Source: Vicugna vicugna (taxonomy: Eukaryota). From it: 64,000 nucleotides of DNA. Position numbers and translations under genes: made by a program. A model generated the notes under the pieces. That model did not search any database. It had not been told where the DNA came from and saw only the letters and a list, made by a program, of their open reading frames with translations. The stretch covers positions 310,001 through 374,000 of the forward strand of contig MU058221.1 in the NCBI GenBank assembly GCA_013265495.1, read 5' to 3'. Below are positions 39,732 to 51,904 of the stretch, one piece after another (position 1 is the first letter of the stretch; the number at the start of each line of letters is the position of its first letter).

Positions 39732-41026
39732 GAAGGACCAGCAAAATTGTTGGCTTGGTAACTGATTTGGCAGAAGATTATTATTAAAAATCTGGGTGCT
39801 ATAAATTATTTCAAAATATCTGACAGTATCTAAACTGTTCACACTGGATAGTGAAACACATGATACTGGGTTGATAAAAACATCAAGAAGACAGACCTTT
39901 ACACAGAAAATGGCATGTTCTCTTCAGATAGCTGGCTCCTAGTTATTACATATGAAAAAATAGTGATAGTTTAGTAGATTTCAAGCAATATCAACTCCAG
40001 ACCTAAAAGAAAAAAGGAAGATATTTATATGATTATTGGTATAAAACTGTGTGGAAATCATACAGAGCAACAAGAAAATTCTACCAATTTTCTCACATCA
40101 AAGAAACTGTTTAAACAGTTAACATCAGCTCCATTTGCATTATTGTAAAATATGGATGGTTCACTCTAAGTTAGAGATTTTGAAAAATGTGCTCATAATC
40201 TTATAGGAGTTCAATTATTTATTTTATTCTATTGTGATTATATATTTCCCTAAGTAGTAACTGTACACGCAGATTCCTCAAAATACGATATATAAAATTT
40301 GAACTACGCTCATATTCATCAAACAAGGAGGTTGAACGATTCAGTTTTATATGGGTTATTCCCATTCTTTTTCTTGATTAGAACAGTTTGGAAGCTGGAA
40401 CTATTTATTTATTTCATTTCCTTCTTCTATGCCATCTGGGCAGGAAAACCCAATTAGCACCTGTTGAAAGTTAGCAACACCTCTTCCAACATTTCAAAGT
40501 TCTGGCAAGCTCTGAAAGTTACTGTGTCACAGAAAAGCTCATCTGGCACATTCCAAGGGCTTGCAGGATGAATTTATCATATGGAATGATCATTTTTTAA
40601 GTGGTCTGAGAACATACAGGACAATTGGATTTGGAAAGATCACTTGAAATAAGCTTCATTATTGTGGTCCTGGGATCAATCCTCTCAATCTCTTTAATGG
40701 AGTTCTTCACCTTCTCTAATTATACAATAGAGAAAAAAAATCCAGAAAAAAAAAAAACCCTGGCCTTGGCCTGAGACAGTCTTATTTCTGGCACAACGTC
40801 AACTCCCTGAGGGAATGTTTGAAAGGGTGGAAACGGAGGCTCCAAGTTTACACTACACGTTTTATAAAAATCCCCAATTCCTATGTCTTTGCCATTGTGC
40901 TGATGGTTTCCAAGTTTACTCAGAGATCAGCAATCATCACCTTCCTCAGTAATTACACACCTGAACCTGGCTGCCAGTTGGCCACCAGCTCTTCCCTTCT
41001 ACTGCAGTAACACGCCTTAGAGGAAC

Positions 41027-41597
41027 CCTCTGGTGTATTATTCTGGCCGTTGCCGTGTATATGCTATACTGCCTTGCTGGCCATCTGTTCCAAACTCTTT
41101 TAAGGGTGCCTTTCTTTATTAAAGAGGTCAGACAGCAGAGTATTACATTTCCCAGTCTCCGTTGCACCTGGAGTTCCAGATGTAATTTAGGACCCTCCCT
41201 TTAGATGCACTTGCCTGAGCATTGAATCTGTAATTAAGTTAAGCAGGGAGACAGGCAATAGCCTTGAAACGTCCATTTCACTGCTGCATACCAAGCAGCC
41301 ATAACAGGGCTCAGGGGCTGATAGCTTAGATGCCAGCTCCCTCTCCCAGATCAGGACTTGAGCAACTGAATCAGCAGCCGCTCCATCTTCAAGATTCTGG
41401 ACTGTGGCAGAATCGGCACGTCTTTTGGCATACCAGTTCTGTGGTGTCCACGCTGCAGGGTCTTTCTGTGTATGAATCTCAGCCCACTGCCTGCTCTGCC
41501 AGCCCTTCCAGAGATCTGTATGAGCCCCTACTTCCCAGAATTAAGTGCCTTCATGTTTGAAGAAGTTTTTATCTCTATTGAATTCTGACTCATACAG
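41027..41597 (+). mobile_element. LTR33-like ERVL LTR
   Basis: Motif ttacatttcccagtctccgttgcacctggagttccagatgtaatttagg...agatgcact; ends ctgactcataca. Confidence 0.65.
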
Positions 41598-43427
41598 CCA
41601 CACAGAACCACAATGAGATTGCTACATCCTTAATATCAAGTTACATTCATGAGGCAAGTTGAAGCTACATCACATGGTCCACTGTCTCTTTTATCCCCTT
41701 CTTGTGCACACAGAACTGAAAACATGAGGAATTATTTTGGAATTAAAGATATCACAGTAATCCTAAATGATGTATTATTCTAAAACTCTTGGCATCAGGG
41801 AAGGTTAACCTATTTTTTAGATTCCTATCAGCACAAGGGGCCGCACTAAGGCTCGGGACACTTGCCTCCACACACACGTGCCCACGTTTTAACCGCACAA
41901 CCCACAGGTCCATTCGAATGCTCCGTTGTAAACCAGCCCCCTCCCCCTAGTCAAAATCCAAAAGTTCGCTAAAACCCAAAGCAAAACTGACACTGAAGCC
42001 AATGTCGCCATTTCTCTTTGTATGGTCATATGTTAAATTCACTTTTAAGTCATCTCTAAAGTCTAAGCAGACTCTGTGCCGCATTCGTTCTTCTGTCAGA
42101 GCCGTCATTCTTCACGGGAAGCACGGCATAGCTTGGCCAGACAGGTCCCGCTCTGCCACGGGCGGGCTTCCTGCGAGCGGCACCCTCTCGCTGTGCTGAG
42201 TCCCCCCGTCTGAAGAATGGCGGCAGCATCTGCAACACTGGGAGGCAATGAAATGAGGACGTTATACGTCGGTGCTGCCTGGCAGGGCAGGTGCTCAATA
42301 AGGTGGTGCTGCCTGTCTGTTGTTACCAGTCTCGTTCAAACGACTGCCGTTTTAATACCCACGCGTCGTAACGCCCTCTGGATGCTTCTGGCTGGGGCAG
42401 AAGGTATGTGGATGGACCATCATACCAGAGGCATTGAGGTGGGACGTGCAAGGTGCTTGTAGGAGCACATGTGAGCTTGGGTTTTCTCCATAAACTCTTT
42501 CTTGATGTCATCAAAGCAGTTGTAAGTTTTTACTGATAAGACTAACTACTGGCAACCTCTTCCTCTTTCAAACAATTATAATCTAACTGTTATGTAGTTC
42601 CTACATTTTCATATATTTTTGTTTTTCTAATCATATTATAAGCTGGGCCCCAGGGTTTATTCTTCATTCCTTGTTGCATATCACACTGTAGGCACCTGAA
42701 AAAGGTTCCGTTTGATCTAACCTGACATCTAGAATTTTAGAATAAGCCACATTCTTGAATCACTATAATCTTTTTAAATTCCAAAATAATTCTCATGCTC
42801 ATCTGTCTCTTTTATTTTATCAACTTTTTGGGTGTACCCTTAAATTTTTATTTTTTCGCAAGTAGGTAACCTGTTACTCAGACATTTTGCTACCAAAATT
42901 GAAATCTGTCCAGTCTTATAAAAATAGCTGTTTCTGAAATTATACTCGGTCTCAAAAATTAGGATTTGCTAGTGTTAAAAAGCCATTTTTAGAACTGTCA
43001 TCTTGTCAGAGGTGACCAAAGCCATGCTGAATGAAATCAGCTCATCATGGGCACACACCAGACTGTTTCAAAATAATCTTTTAAATGACAGACCATCTCA
43101 AGCGTATTAATACATTAAAAACAAAACAAACAAACAAACAAAACATGAAGTCATGAAGATCCTTAAAACTACAGTGCTGGCAATACAGAAAATTTTTCAT
43201 TAAAAAACAGGTTAGAACCAATGATGGCTCAATAATTTTAAGCAAATATCATTTCTCATAATGTTTAGCATATGGTTCTATAAGGTTATTAATAATCATT
43301 ATTTACTATTAGAGCTTAATAAAATATTACAGTGTCATGTATTGTCTACACTGCTTTGAAGAGGCACAAAGGTAGGCAACTCTGATGTGTAAAAGTTGCC
43401 TAAATATCCAGCTGGAATTAGGCAGGT

Positions 43428-43442
43428 GTTGCCTGGGGTAAC
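43428..43442. promoter_or_regulatory. RFX X-box motif with neighbouring half-sites
   Basis: GTTGCC-TGG-GGTAAC, plus GGCAAC (43375-43380) and GTTGCC (43395-43400). Confidence 0.45.
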
Positions 43443-43524
43443 AGCTTCCCAGTTCCACCAATGGCGTAAGTAGCTGAGCGTGTCAATGGGGCTATGTCTT
43501 TAAAGGGGTCCTTGCTTTTCTTAC

Positions 43525-43574
43525 ACATCTTGCAGATACTGATGCAGTGTGGACCCTGTTCAGAAGGCTCATTC
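43525..43574 (-). other. Candidate 50-nt exon
   Basis: Strong acceptor ggctttcttcttttccctgcag| and donor TGT|GTAAGA. Confidence 0.3.
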
Positions 43575-44344
43575 CTGCAGGGAAAAGAAGAAAGCCAAAA
43601 TTTGAGTTCCCAAACTGAATGAAAATGTGCTCATTCCTCCCACTTCAGGGAGGTGTCGAAAAAGACTGTCAGTTTCATAATTATGCCTCTAGAGCAGATG
43701 GGCGGCAAGACATTCTGTGACATTTGAGAAGAAAGTAATTTTAAAGCCCTAAAAATAATAATAAAGGGACTTCTAAATAAAGTGAATGCTCCAACAACAC
43801 ACAAGTAAAATACCTTAAAGTGGGAATGGAATTTTTAAAACAACTAGAGGTCCACTTGTGAGCTAGCCCTTTCCATGTTTGTAGCACACACACTGTCAGG
43901 TTCTACAGCAGGTCACAACAAAGACAGTCCTGCAGAATGTTCCAGAATTGCTATGTAAGCTTGGAGCCGATGAATTTATGTAGTATGAATCCACAGTTTG
44001 CTCCCAATTTGAATCAACCACAAGAAATAGCTGATACAGTAAACAAGCTTAAAACTACAACATAAAGCAGGGGTTGGGGAAGGGTTGGTGACTTCTCAGC
44101 TTTTGCCCCATTTATTCAAAAAGAGTGACTAAAACATAACCCGGGGAGGAAGCTCACAGCTCACACTTCCATCACACCCTCAAGACCGCCTGGCTCTCTG
44201 GACGGCCAGCCTATTAGCGATAAAGGCGTCCAACCCCTAAATCACTGCACCCTTTTAGAACAGCATCTTCTCTACAGTGTTTTCTGGGTCCACTGGGTAG
44301 ATGAACATTGTAGCTTTGGGTGTGAACAGTCTATCTGAGGAAAA

Positions 44345-44763
44345 AAATTACACAAGCAATGTATGTTTATTGCAGAACAGATATAAAATAAAGATTAGCA
44401 AAAAGAATAAAATAAAAGAATGCTCATTAGCCTATAAAGGGAAAGACTGACAAGTCATTTGTTGCTTCTGTCTTTTGTGTCAGATTCAGGAAGCCAAGAA
44501 GGAGCAAAAAATAAAACAAAAAACAAAACAAAACAAAACCCAAAAGATTCAAAACCCAAACCAAATTTTGGTTGATTTAACAACCTAGCTATCTCAGTTC
44601 TGCAACTACCAGGATTGTTCTAACAACAGATGGCCCTCAATTTTTTAATATAATACATTTTAAATTACACAAGCAATGTATGTTTATCACAGAACAGATA
44701 TAAAATAAAGATTAGCAAAAAGAATAAAATAAAAAGATGTTCATTAGCCTATAATGGGAAAGA
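44345..44763 (+). repeat. Spaced direct duplication of about 102 bp (44345-44446 and 44662-44763)
   Basis: Two near-identical copies of aaattacacaagcaatgtatgttta...cattagcctataa.gggaaaga with few mismatches. Confidence 0.95.
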
Positions 44764-44821
44764 TTCTGAAGCTGTACACCTGAAAATACACGATATTGTA
44801 AATCAGCTACAGGTAAATTAA
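44743..44821 (+). mobile_element. Very short artiodactyl-type L1 3' tail
   Basis: Sequence cctataatgggaaaga.tctgaa/gctgtacacctgaaa...attgtaaatca.cta plus an A tail. TSD aaaaagatgttc / aaaaaaatgttc. Confidence 0.7.
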
Positions 44822-44925
44822 AAAAAAATGTTCCTAATTCTGCTACTTAGTGGTCAGGACTATAAACACTTGGTGCTCGTTCTTCCTGGTACTTTTCTAT
44901 ATACACATAACTACATTTTGTGGGC

Positions 44926-45360
44926 TGTGTGAAAATCAAGAAAGGAAGAATCTCAGGAAAAGGGTCAGGAGGCCGGGAGGGAGAGGTCTCACACACTTGC
45001 CACTCGGAGTCAGTACAGAGGCTCTTGGGAGGAAGAGAGGCACCTTGCGTTTCTGGCAGGAAGTGACCCTGCTTCACAACTGCCAGAGGGAAGGAAGACG
45101 TCCCCTGTCCCCCGGCAAGAGCCCAGCCACTGGAAAGCCGCTGTACTCTGACCTCCCACTTTCCTCCAATGGCATTTTTTGTCTATAATGGACAGTCTCA
45201 GCTTTCCTTTCTCCCCCATAAAAGTTTCCTCTCCCTTATTTTAATGGACTTGCACGCGGTTCTCCGTAGTTGCATGTCCTGAGTTCTGACTCTTAGTGCT
45301 CCTGGAAAAACACATTTTGCTGGTAAAATAACTGGCTGTTTTCTCTGTTTCAGGTTAACA
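44926..45360 (+). mobile_element. ERV1-like solo LTR inside an old L1ME
   Basis: TG start, CCAAT, TATA-like cataaaa, ends caggttaaca; a GC-richer block interrupting AT-rich L1ME-like sequence. Confidence 0.55.
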
Positions 45361-46101
45361 GCAGCTTTTTCCACGTACAGTTCTTGACGATTTTCAGTGT
45401 CACTCGACTTCTGTAATTTTAATGGCTGTATGTTGCTTATGTGCATATGTAACATGGTAACATAACACATACAAATGCAGATTTAGGCAGTTCCTGTTCC
45501 ATCGCACACACGTTTAACGTGTGTTCCCACTGTGTTCCAGACAGCGCTGGGTGCTTCACTTGGGTTATTTGCAATGTTTTGATATAAATACTGTTGAAGT
45601 GAATTTTCAGGTAAATACAGCTTTTAAAGTACATTTTCTGAATAGTTGAAATTGTTTCCTTGGAATTCTTAGGAGATTGCTTGGTCAAGGAGGAGGTATA
45701 TGTGCATTTACAAAGGTCCTGATATATATTACCAAATTCTCTTCCGGAAAAGCTGCACCGATTTAAGCCATCGCTAGAAATTGTTAGAATGCTCAATTCT
45801 GTGCACCCTGTCAAACCTGAACTTTATCTTTTCTAACACTTTCCTATATGGAGAGTGTCATTCATCAGTGTTCCTCTGTTGGTTACTAGTGAGGCCCAAC
45901 GATTATTAGCAGGGTTTTTTTTTGGCAGTTTCTATTTCTTGTTTAATGAATTCTCGCTCATGACTTTCTTACTCAGGATTTATTCACATGTAACAGGAAT
46001 CACTATGGCTCTTTCAAGCTATGGGCATATAATCAGGGCATTACATGCTTATAAAGTCACTGGAAGACCTGGGAACACAGACTGGAGGCTGAACATACAC
46101 A

Positions 46102-46521
46102 CTGGAGTGGATGCTGCTGGTGCCTCACCTGGTCCCCCTTACCAGTTAAGACACGGTGTCGTGGCTCTGATGAGAGTCAGCTCACAGCTGTGCAATTAAG
46201 AATTTTCTTTAGCTGAACGGGAACCACCTCACTTGGAGGCTAGGTCACCCTCCTCCCCGGAAGAAGCTAGCAGCCAGGAACCGACTAACACGAGGCATAT
46301 AAGTCTAGATCACTTGGGTCAAGGTGGCGCAGTTGATGACCCAGAGTTTCCTGCAAAGCTCAAGTTACCCTTAGGCACAGGCTAAGTGCTCAGTGCATCC
46401 TTAGTCCCTCCCCACCTCATCCTGCTTCCCTCGCTCCCCTCTCCTAAGAGCATCCTGCCAATAAATCACTCACACAAAAGTCCCCGTCTTGGCTCTACTC
46501 CCAGGGATCCCGCCGGAACAC
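46102..46521 (+). mobile_element. LTR16-like ERVL LTR
   Basis: Starts tggagtggatgctgctggtgcc and ends catcctgcttccctc...gagcatcctgccaataaatcactcacacaaaagtccccgtct. Confidence 0.7.
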
Positions 46522-47453
46522 AATGACCATGAGAGCAATACGGCAAAACTGGCCCACCGTGGAGGCTGCTGGGCCAATTCAGAACCTTAGGATTCAGGAA
46601 AGCTGCTGTTCCAGTGCTGCTCAAGTCCCAACGCATATGAGTGTAACAGACACCTGGACCCTGTGTCTTAATGTCTACAAGCCCACGGTGTGTCCACTGG
46701 GGTCATGACTGCTGTTGCTGCCATTAAAATCAATTACCTCCACAAACAAACATGACTGCAGAAGCAGCAAGAACAGAAAAAGCATGGTTTCCACCTCGCT
46801 GGTCTCGGTCACATTTTTATACTGTTCCGTCTTCCTTGCCTGAACTTGGCCCTCAAGCACTAAGAGAGTCTGGTGAACACAGTCTCTGATTTTCCAGCCC
46901 CTGTAGAGCGTGAAGGCTGGCTGCCGGAGCTTGGAGGGGGTTCCTGCGTTTCTCAGCTTGCCATTTGTGTCCCATTATTGCTTATGCTGATTTTTGACAT
47001 TCAAACTTTTTTTTTTCAAGTTTGCCTCTTCCTTATAGTTTCTCTTTGATATTACTCTTAGAACATCTTTCTCCGGAAGGTTACAGACAAAATATGTCCT
47101 ATATTCTATGATAGTCCTTTCATGACTTTATCTCTCATACTTAACTATTTGAAATTAGATTCCCATTTACAGTAAGATAAAGATTCTATTTAGTATTTTT
47201 TCCAATGTAGACAGCTAAACATATGAGTCCAGCTTACTGACTAGTTAATTTTTTAAAGCCTAAATGAATGTAATCCTTTTTGATATTTTAAAGTTTGCCC
47301 TCAGCTTCGTTGCTCACCTGTTCACCTGGACTAGTGGGGCTCAATTTCAGTTGCTATTGCTATAGAATGCACTGGAATAGCTGCCAATATGAAGCAACCG
47401 TAGCCCCTCTCGTTCAAAGTGAACTCGAGAATGAACTCAAGAATCTCTTTGTC

Positions 47454-48469
47454 TTTTGAGGAATCTCCACACTGTTTTCCACAGTGGCTGCACCAAACTG
47501 CATTCCCACCAGCAGTGTAGGAGGGTTCCCTTCTCTCCACAGCCTCTCCAGCATTTGTCATTTGTGGACTTTTAAGTGATGGCCATTCTGACTGGTGTGA
47601 GGTGAGACCTCACTGTAGTCTGATTTGTGTTTCTCTGATATTGAGCATTTTTTCATGTGCCTATTGACCATTTGTATGTCTTCATTGGAGAACTGTTTGC
47701 TTAGGTCTTCTGCCCATTTTTGGATTGCATTGTTTGTTTTTTTCCTATGAAGTCATTCAAGCTGTTTATATATTCTGAAAATTAAGCCTTTCTCAGTCTC
47801 ATCTTTTGCAAATATTCTTTCCCATTGCTATATGACCCATCAGTCCCACTCCTGGGCATATATCCAGACGGAACCTTAATTCAAAAAGATACATGCACCT
47901 CAGTGTTAATAGCAGCACTATTTACAACAGCCAAGACATGGAAACAACCTAAATGTCCATCAACATATGACTGGATAAAAAAGGTGTGGTATATTTATAC
48001 AATGGAATACTACTCTGCCATAAAAAATGATAAAATAATGCCATTTGCAGCAACATGGATGGACCTGGAGAATGTCATTCTAAGTGAAGTAAACCAGAAA
48101 GAGAAAGAAAAACACTATATGATATCACTTATATGTGGAATCAAAAAAAAAAGACAAACTAATTTACAAAACAGAAACAGACTCATAGACATAGAAGACA
48201 AACTTATGGTTACCAGTGGGGGAAGGGGGTGGGAAGGGATAAATTAGGAGTTTGAAATTTGCAGATACTAATATATATAAAATAGATAAACAGTAAGTTT
48301 ATACTGTATAGCACAGGGAACTATATTCAGTATCTCGTGGTAACGTATAGTTAAAAATTATGTGAAAACAAATACATGTTCCTATATGACTGAAGTATTG
48401 TGCTGTACACCAGAAATTGACACAACATTGTAAACTCACTAAACTTTAATAAAAAATATATTTAAAAAA
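47454..48469 (+). mobile_element. Camelid-type L1, 5'-truncated with 5' inversion
   Basis: A minus segment (47454-47826) is followed by the plus ORF2 C-terminus (PLLGIYP...WKQPKCPS...WYIYTMEYYSAIK), 3'UTR and poly-A. TSD aagaatctctttgtc (47439-47453) / aagaatcattttgtc (48470-48484). Confidence 0.93.
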
Positions 48470-49512
48470 AAGAATCATTTTGTCAAGTCCTAGAACAAGT
48501 CATTTGGGCATTCAATGTACAATTGCATTAAATTAATAAATTGAATAGAAATTAAACACTTAATGATATTGGATCTTGTTATTAGGGATGATTGGATTTT
48601 TTTTAGCTTTTCTTCCTTTTGCTACAGTGGTTAACTTTTAAGGTTTTCTTTAGCTACATGACAAAAATTTCGTTGTGTTGTAAATTTTATCCAAACAAAT
48701 TACGCTTTTTATAATTTGTCTTTAGTGTGAAATAATTATTTTCCCACTTATTTTAGTAAATAGATATTTTGGGAGTAACGTAGAGATTTCAATTCTTAAA
48801 TATTTATGTCTCTATCATTTTTTTTCATCCATCGAGGATCTATAGAACTAAATTAAGCCTTGTTCTTTCTATCCAGTGGGGAAATGTCCTTTATATGGAA
48901 TGCTGACAGTGGGTCTCCCTTACCGTGGGTCACCATTCTTGCCTCTAGTCTTTGATTCTCTAAGCAAGGACCTTAGGAATAGAAATATCCACCCCATATA
49001 GTTTCTACTGAAGTCTGCTGTGTCATGATGCATTTGGGGAGTGGTGAGTTTCATGTTCACTCTGAGTTCTCTTCATATCCTGTACCATCTACATGACATT
49101 GGCAGACATTTTTAGTGTTTGGCATACACATTAAAACTAATTCAAACACCAATGTAGGGTTTTCATCCGCTTTTTTTTTTAAGTTTTATGTTAGAAGTAA
49201 CATAATCAAATCTTTCCAGAAATCCCCCTCAAGTGTTTAAGAGCTACATTTATATCATTTGTAGGAAATTTCTTCTGCAACCTCAGAAGTTAGATGAAAA
49301 TGTATTACATTTCCCTAATTAGTGAGGTAAGCAACCTTTTTCATTTATTAGCTTTCAGATTAGTTTATCACTCTGTGGAAGCTTTACTTAATATAAGATA
49401 AACACGTCCATGTAGGAAGTATAAATGAGTTTCTAAGGTGGTTGAAAAAGTACTCTTAAGTGATCTAATTGCACACCTGAAGACATTTCACGTAAATAAA
49501 TGACCAGAACAT

Positions 49513-49975
49513 TGTATTGGTTTTCTATTGCTGCTCTAGCAAGTTACCATGGACACAACTTAAACAACACAAATTTATTATCTTATGACTCTCCAATGAT
49601 TCTGCAGGCCAGAGGTTCAGCTTGAGTCTTGCTGGGTTAAAATCGAGGTGTTGTCAAGGTTAGGTTCCTCTGTGAAGACTGCAGGCAAGGATCTGATGTT
49701 CTGCCTTGGACACCAGAGTCTAGAGGTCGCCTATGCTCCCTGGCTCACGGCCCCCCTGCCAGCTTTGAAGCCGGCAGAATAGCACCTCTCTGGTCCCACT
49801 TCCATCACCGCATCTCTTTCTCTGAGCGTAGTTAGGAAGCATTCCTCCGTTTTGAGGACTTGTACTGATTGGTCCCACCTGGCTGATCCAGGATACTCTC
49901 CCGATCCAATATCCTTAAATTAATCACTTCCGCAAAGTCCCTTTTGCCATTTACAGCTTCTAGGCACTAGGATAT
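49513..49975 (-). mobile_element. MLT1D-like LTR
   Basis: Motifs tgtattggttttctattgctgct...cttaaacaacacaaatttattatctta...taatcac...gcaaagtcccttttgccat. Confidence 0.85.
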
Positions 49976-51400
49976 TCACAAGCATGAAATTCTACAAGGA
50001 AAAACTCACATATCTCCTGATCAAACTGTCTTTTAGATCTTAGTTTGAACAGATTGCAGATCATTTTCTGAAGCAAAGTTTTAACGGACTTTATGGGATG
50101 TTACAGTCTCGCCAGCAGGAGATGGTGGAGACTTTGGACACAGATAACATGCTGCTCTGGAAATCCATTGTAATACTCCAGAATCATTTTACAGGTAACC
50201 CTGTTCCTCTGCAGGACCTCGAAGACTTGCTGATGTTTTAAACGGTGCATTGCCAAGTATGAGAAACATTGGCATTTGGAATTGATATAAATGTTTGTTC
50301 TACCGTGCAATATACCACCTCAGCCACACTGAGTGGACTCTGATGGGGTTAAACACTTCATGGTTCTGCAGACAGACTTACTCCCTAGGCAAAAACGAAG
50401 TCCTGGGGGCTTCGCCAGCTCCCCTTCGGGCTGCAGTGGTTTTCGCACATGATACTCACCTGACTCCGTGGTCTGCTCTTACATTTCAGCTGATGCGATT
50501 CGATTTCCTGCGCAGGCACCCTTCCAGTCAGCAGGCAGGTTGAGAGGAGTGTCTCCCCGTTTTAAAGCCCCCCCTGGATGACTAACCCTTCTCCAATCCC
50601 TGCCTCCAAAGCTCTGGGGGGGTCTGAAGGGCGCACATGCCCTTCCTTATCATGCCATGTCTCTGCGGCTCTCTTCCCACAACCTCACCGCACGTGCCAA
50701 ACAACGGACAGATGTGCTGGCTCTGCTGCCTGTTTATTTTTCTTGAAGTGGTTTGCACAGCAGATGCTCCGGTAAGCATTTTCTCCTCCATCTCTTTACA
50801 AATCTGCTACAAAGCAGAAACTGTACACACGCTATTGCCCTTCATGTTTTCAAAGGGAAAACTCTCCGCAGCCCCTTCCTGCCTGCGCAGAAGCTGCCCT
50901 TTCTTCCTGGGCACGGATGTAACTTACGGGGAGAGTGTGTCCCATCATCAGCATCTTATTTCATGAGCCTCTTTCTCCTCGTCCAGGCGCCCTTCTCTAC
51001 AGCCTGCTTACCGCACGGTTCTTCAATGTCAGGTTTCTCTGCTTTGTTCTAACCCAGCAGCCTGGTTAACAGAACGACTTTGTCCATACCTGTCCTTTCC
51101 CTCCCAGCACTACTCTTAGTCCTGGGAGCTTGTCACCCAGCTTTTGAAAATGGTATTACAAGGTCAGATATCATCAAAAAGAAAAGCTCATTACGTTAAG
51201 TGAACATCTTTGTTCATTTTATTATAGGAATATCGGCAATGGTGGCGGTTGAAATGATCATGCGCGTGCATTTTATAAACTGTTTTGATCATATCAGATC
51301 CATTTAAGTTTAGTTAAGTTATTGAAACACGTTTACTCATTCATTCTATCAATATTTCATGAGTGGGTCAAGTTCTCAAACTGAAGAGTTGAAGAAAGCT

Positions 51401-51904
51401 TGTACAGGAAAGAACAAATCTGGCTCCATGTTAGATCCGCTTCTTTGGTTTTAATCCTGTGCTCGGTTTTCTAAGCTTAGTCTTGCTGGTTCTGCACCTT
51501 CTGTAAAAGAATGTTGCCTTTAGCCTGAAACACCCAGGCTCTGACCTTTAAGGGTATTAACACTTTTGCACTTACATAAAGATGACAAGTTGCAGAATTA
51601 AAAAATAGCATTTGTTCTGTTGGAGGTTTTACAGGCTCACCATGACCTGCCCATGTGGACGGCTGTGAGAACAAAAGATTCCTGCACTAAGAAGTTTGCA
51701 ACAGCCAACCACACCCCCTCCCCTTTTTAGCATAAAAGGACCCTGAATTCTGACTTGAGCAAGATGGTTCCCCAGGACCTTAGTCGGCCATCCTCTCGGT
51801 CTGCTGGCTTTCCAAATAAAGTCGCTATTCCTTGCCCCAACACCTCGTCTCCCAATTTCTTGGCCTGTCGTGAGGCGAGCAGAACGAGTTTGGACTCAGT
51901 AACA
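51401..51904 (+). mobile_element. ERV1-type solo LTR (504 bp)
   Basis: TGTA...AACA ends, 4-bp TSD AGCT on both sides, cataaaa TATA-like box and AATAAA near 51814. Confidence 0.92.

Noticed and set aside
40420..40720. Coding-looking block (KVKNSIKEIERIDPRTTIMKLISSDL on the minus strand)
   Set aside because: Stops in every frame I read and no consistent splice pair; it cannot be supported without homology.
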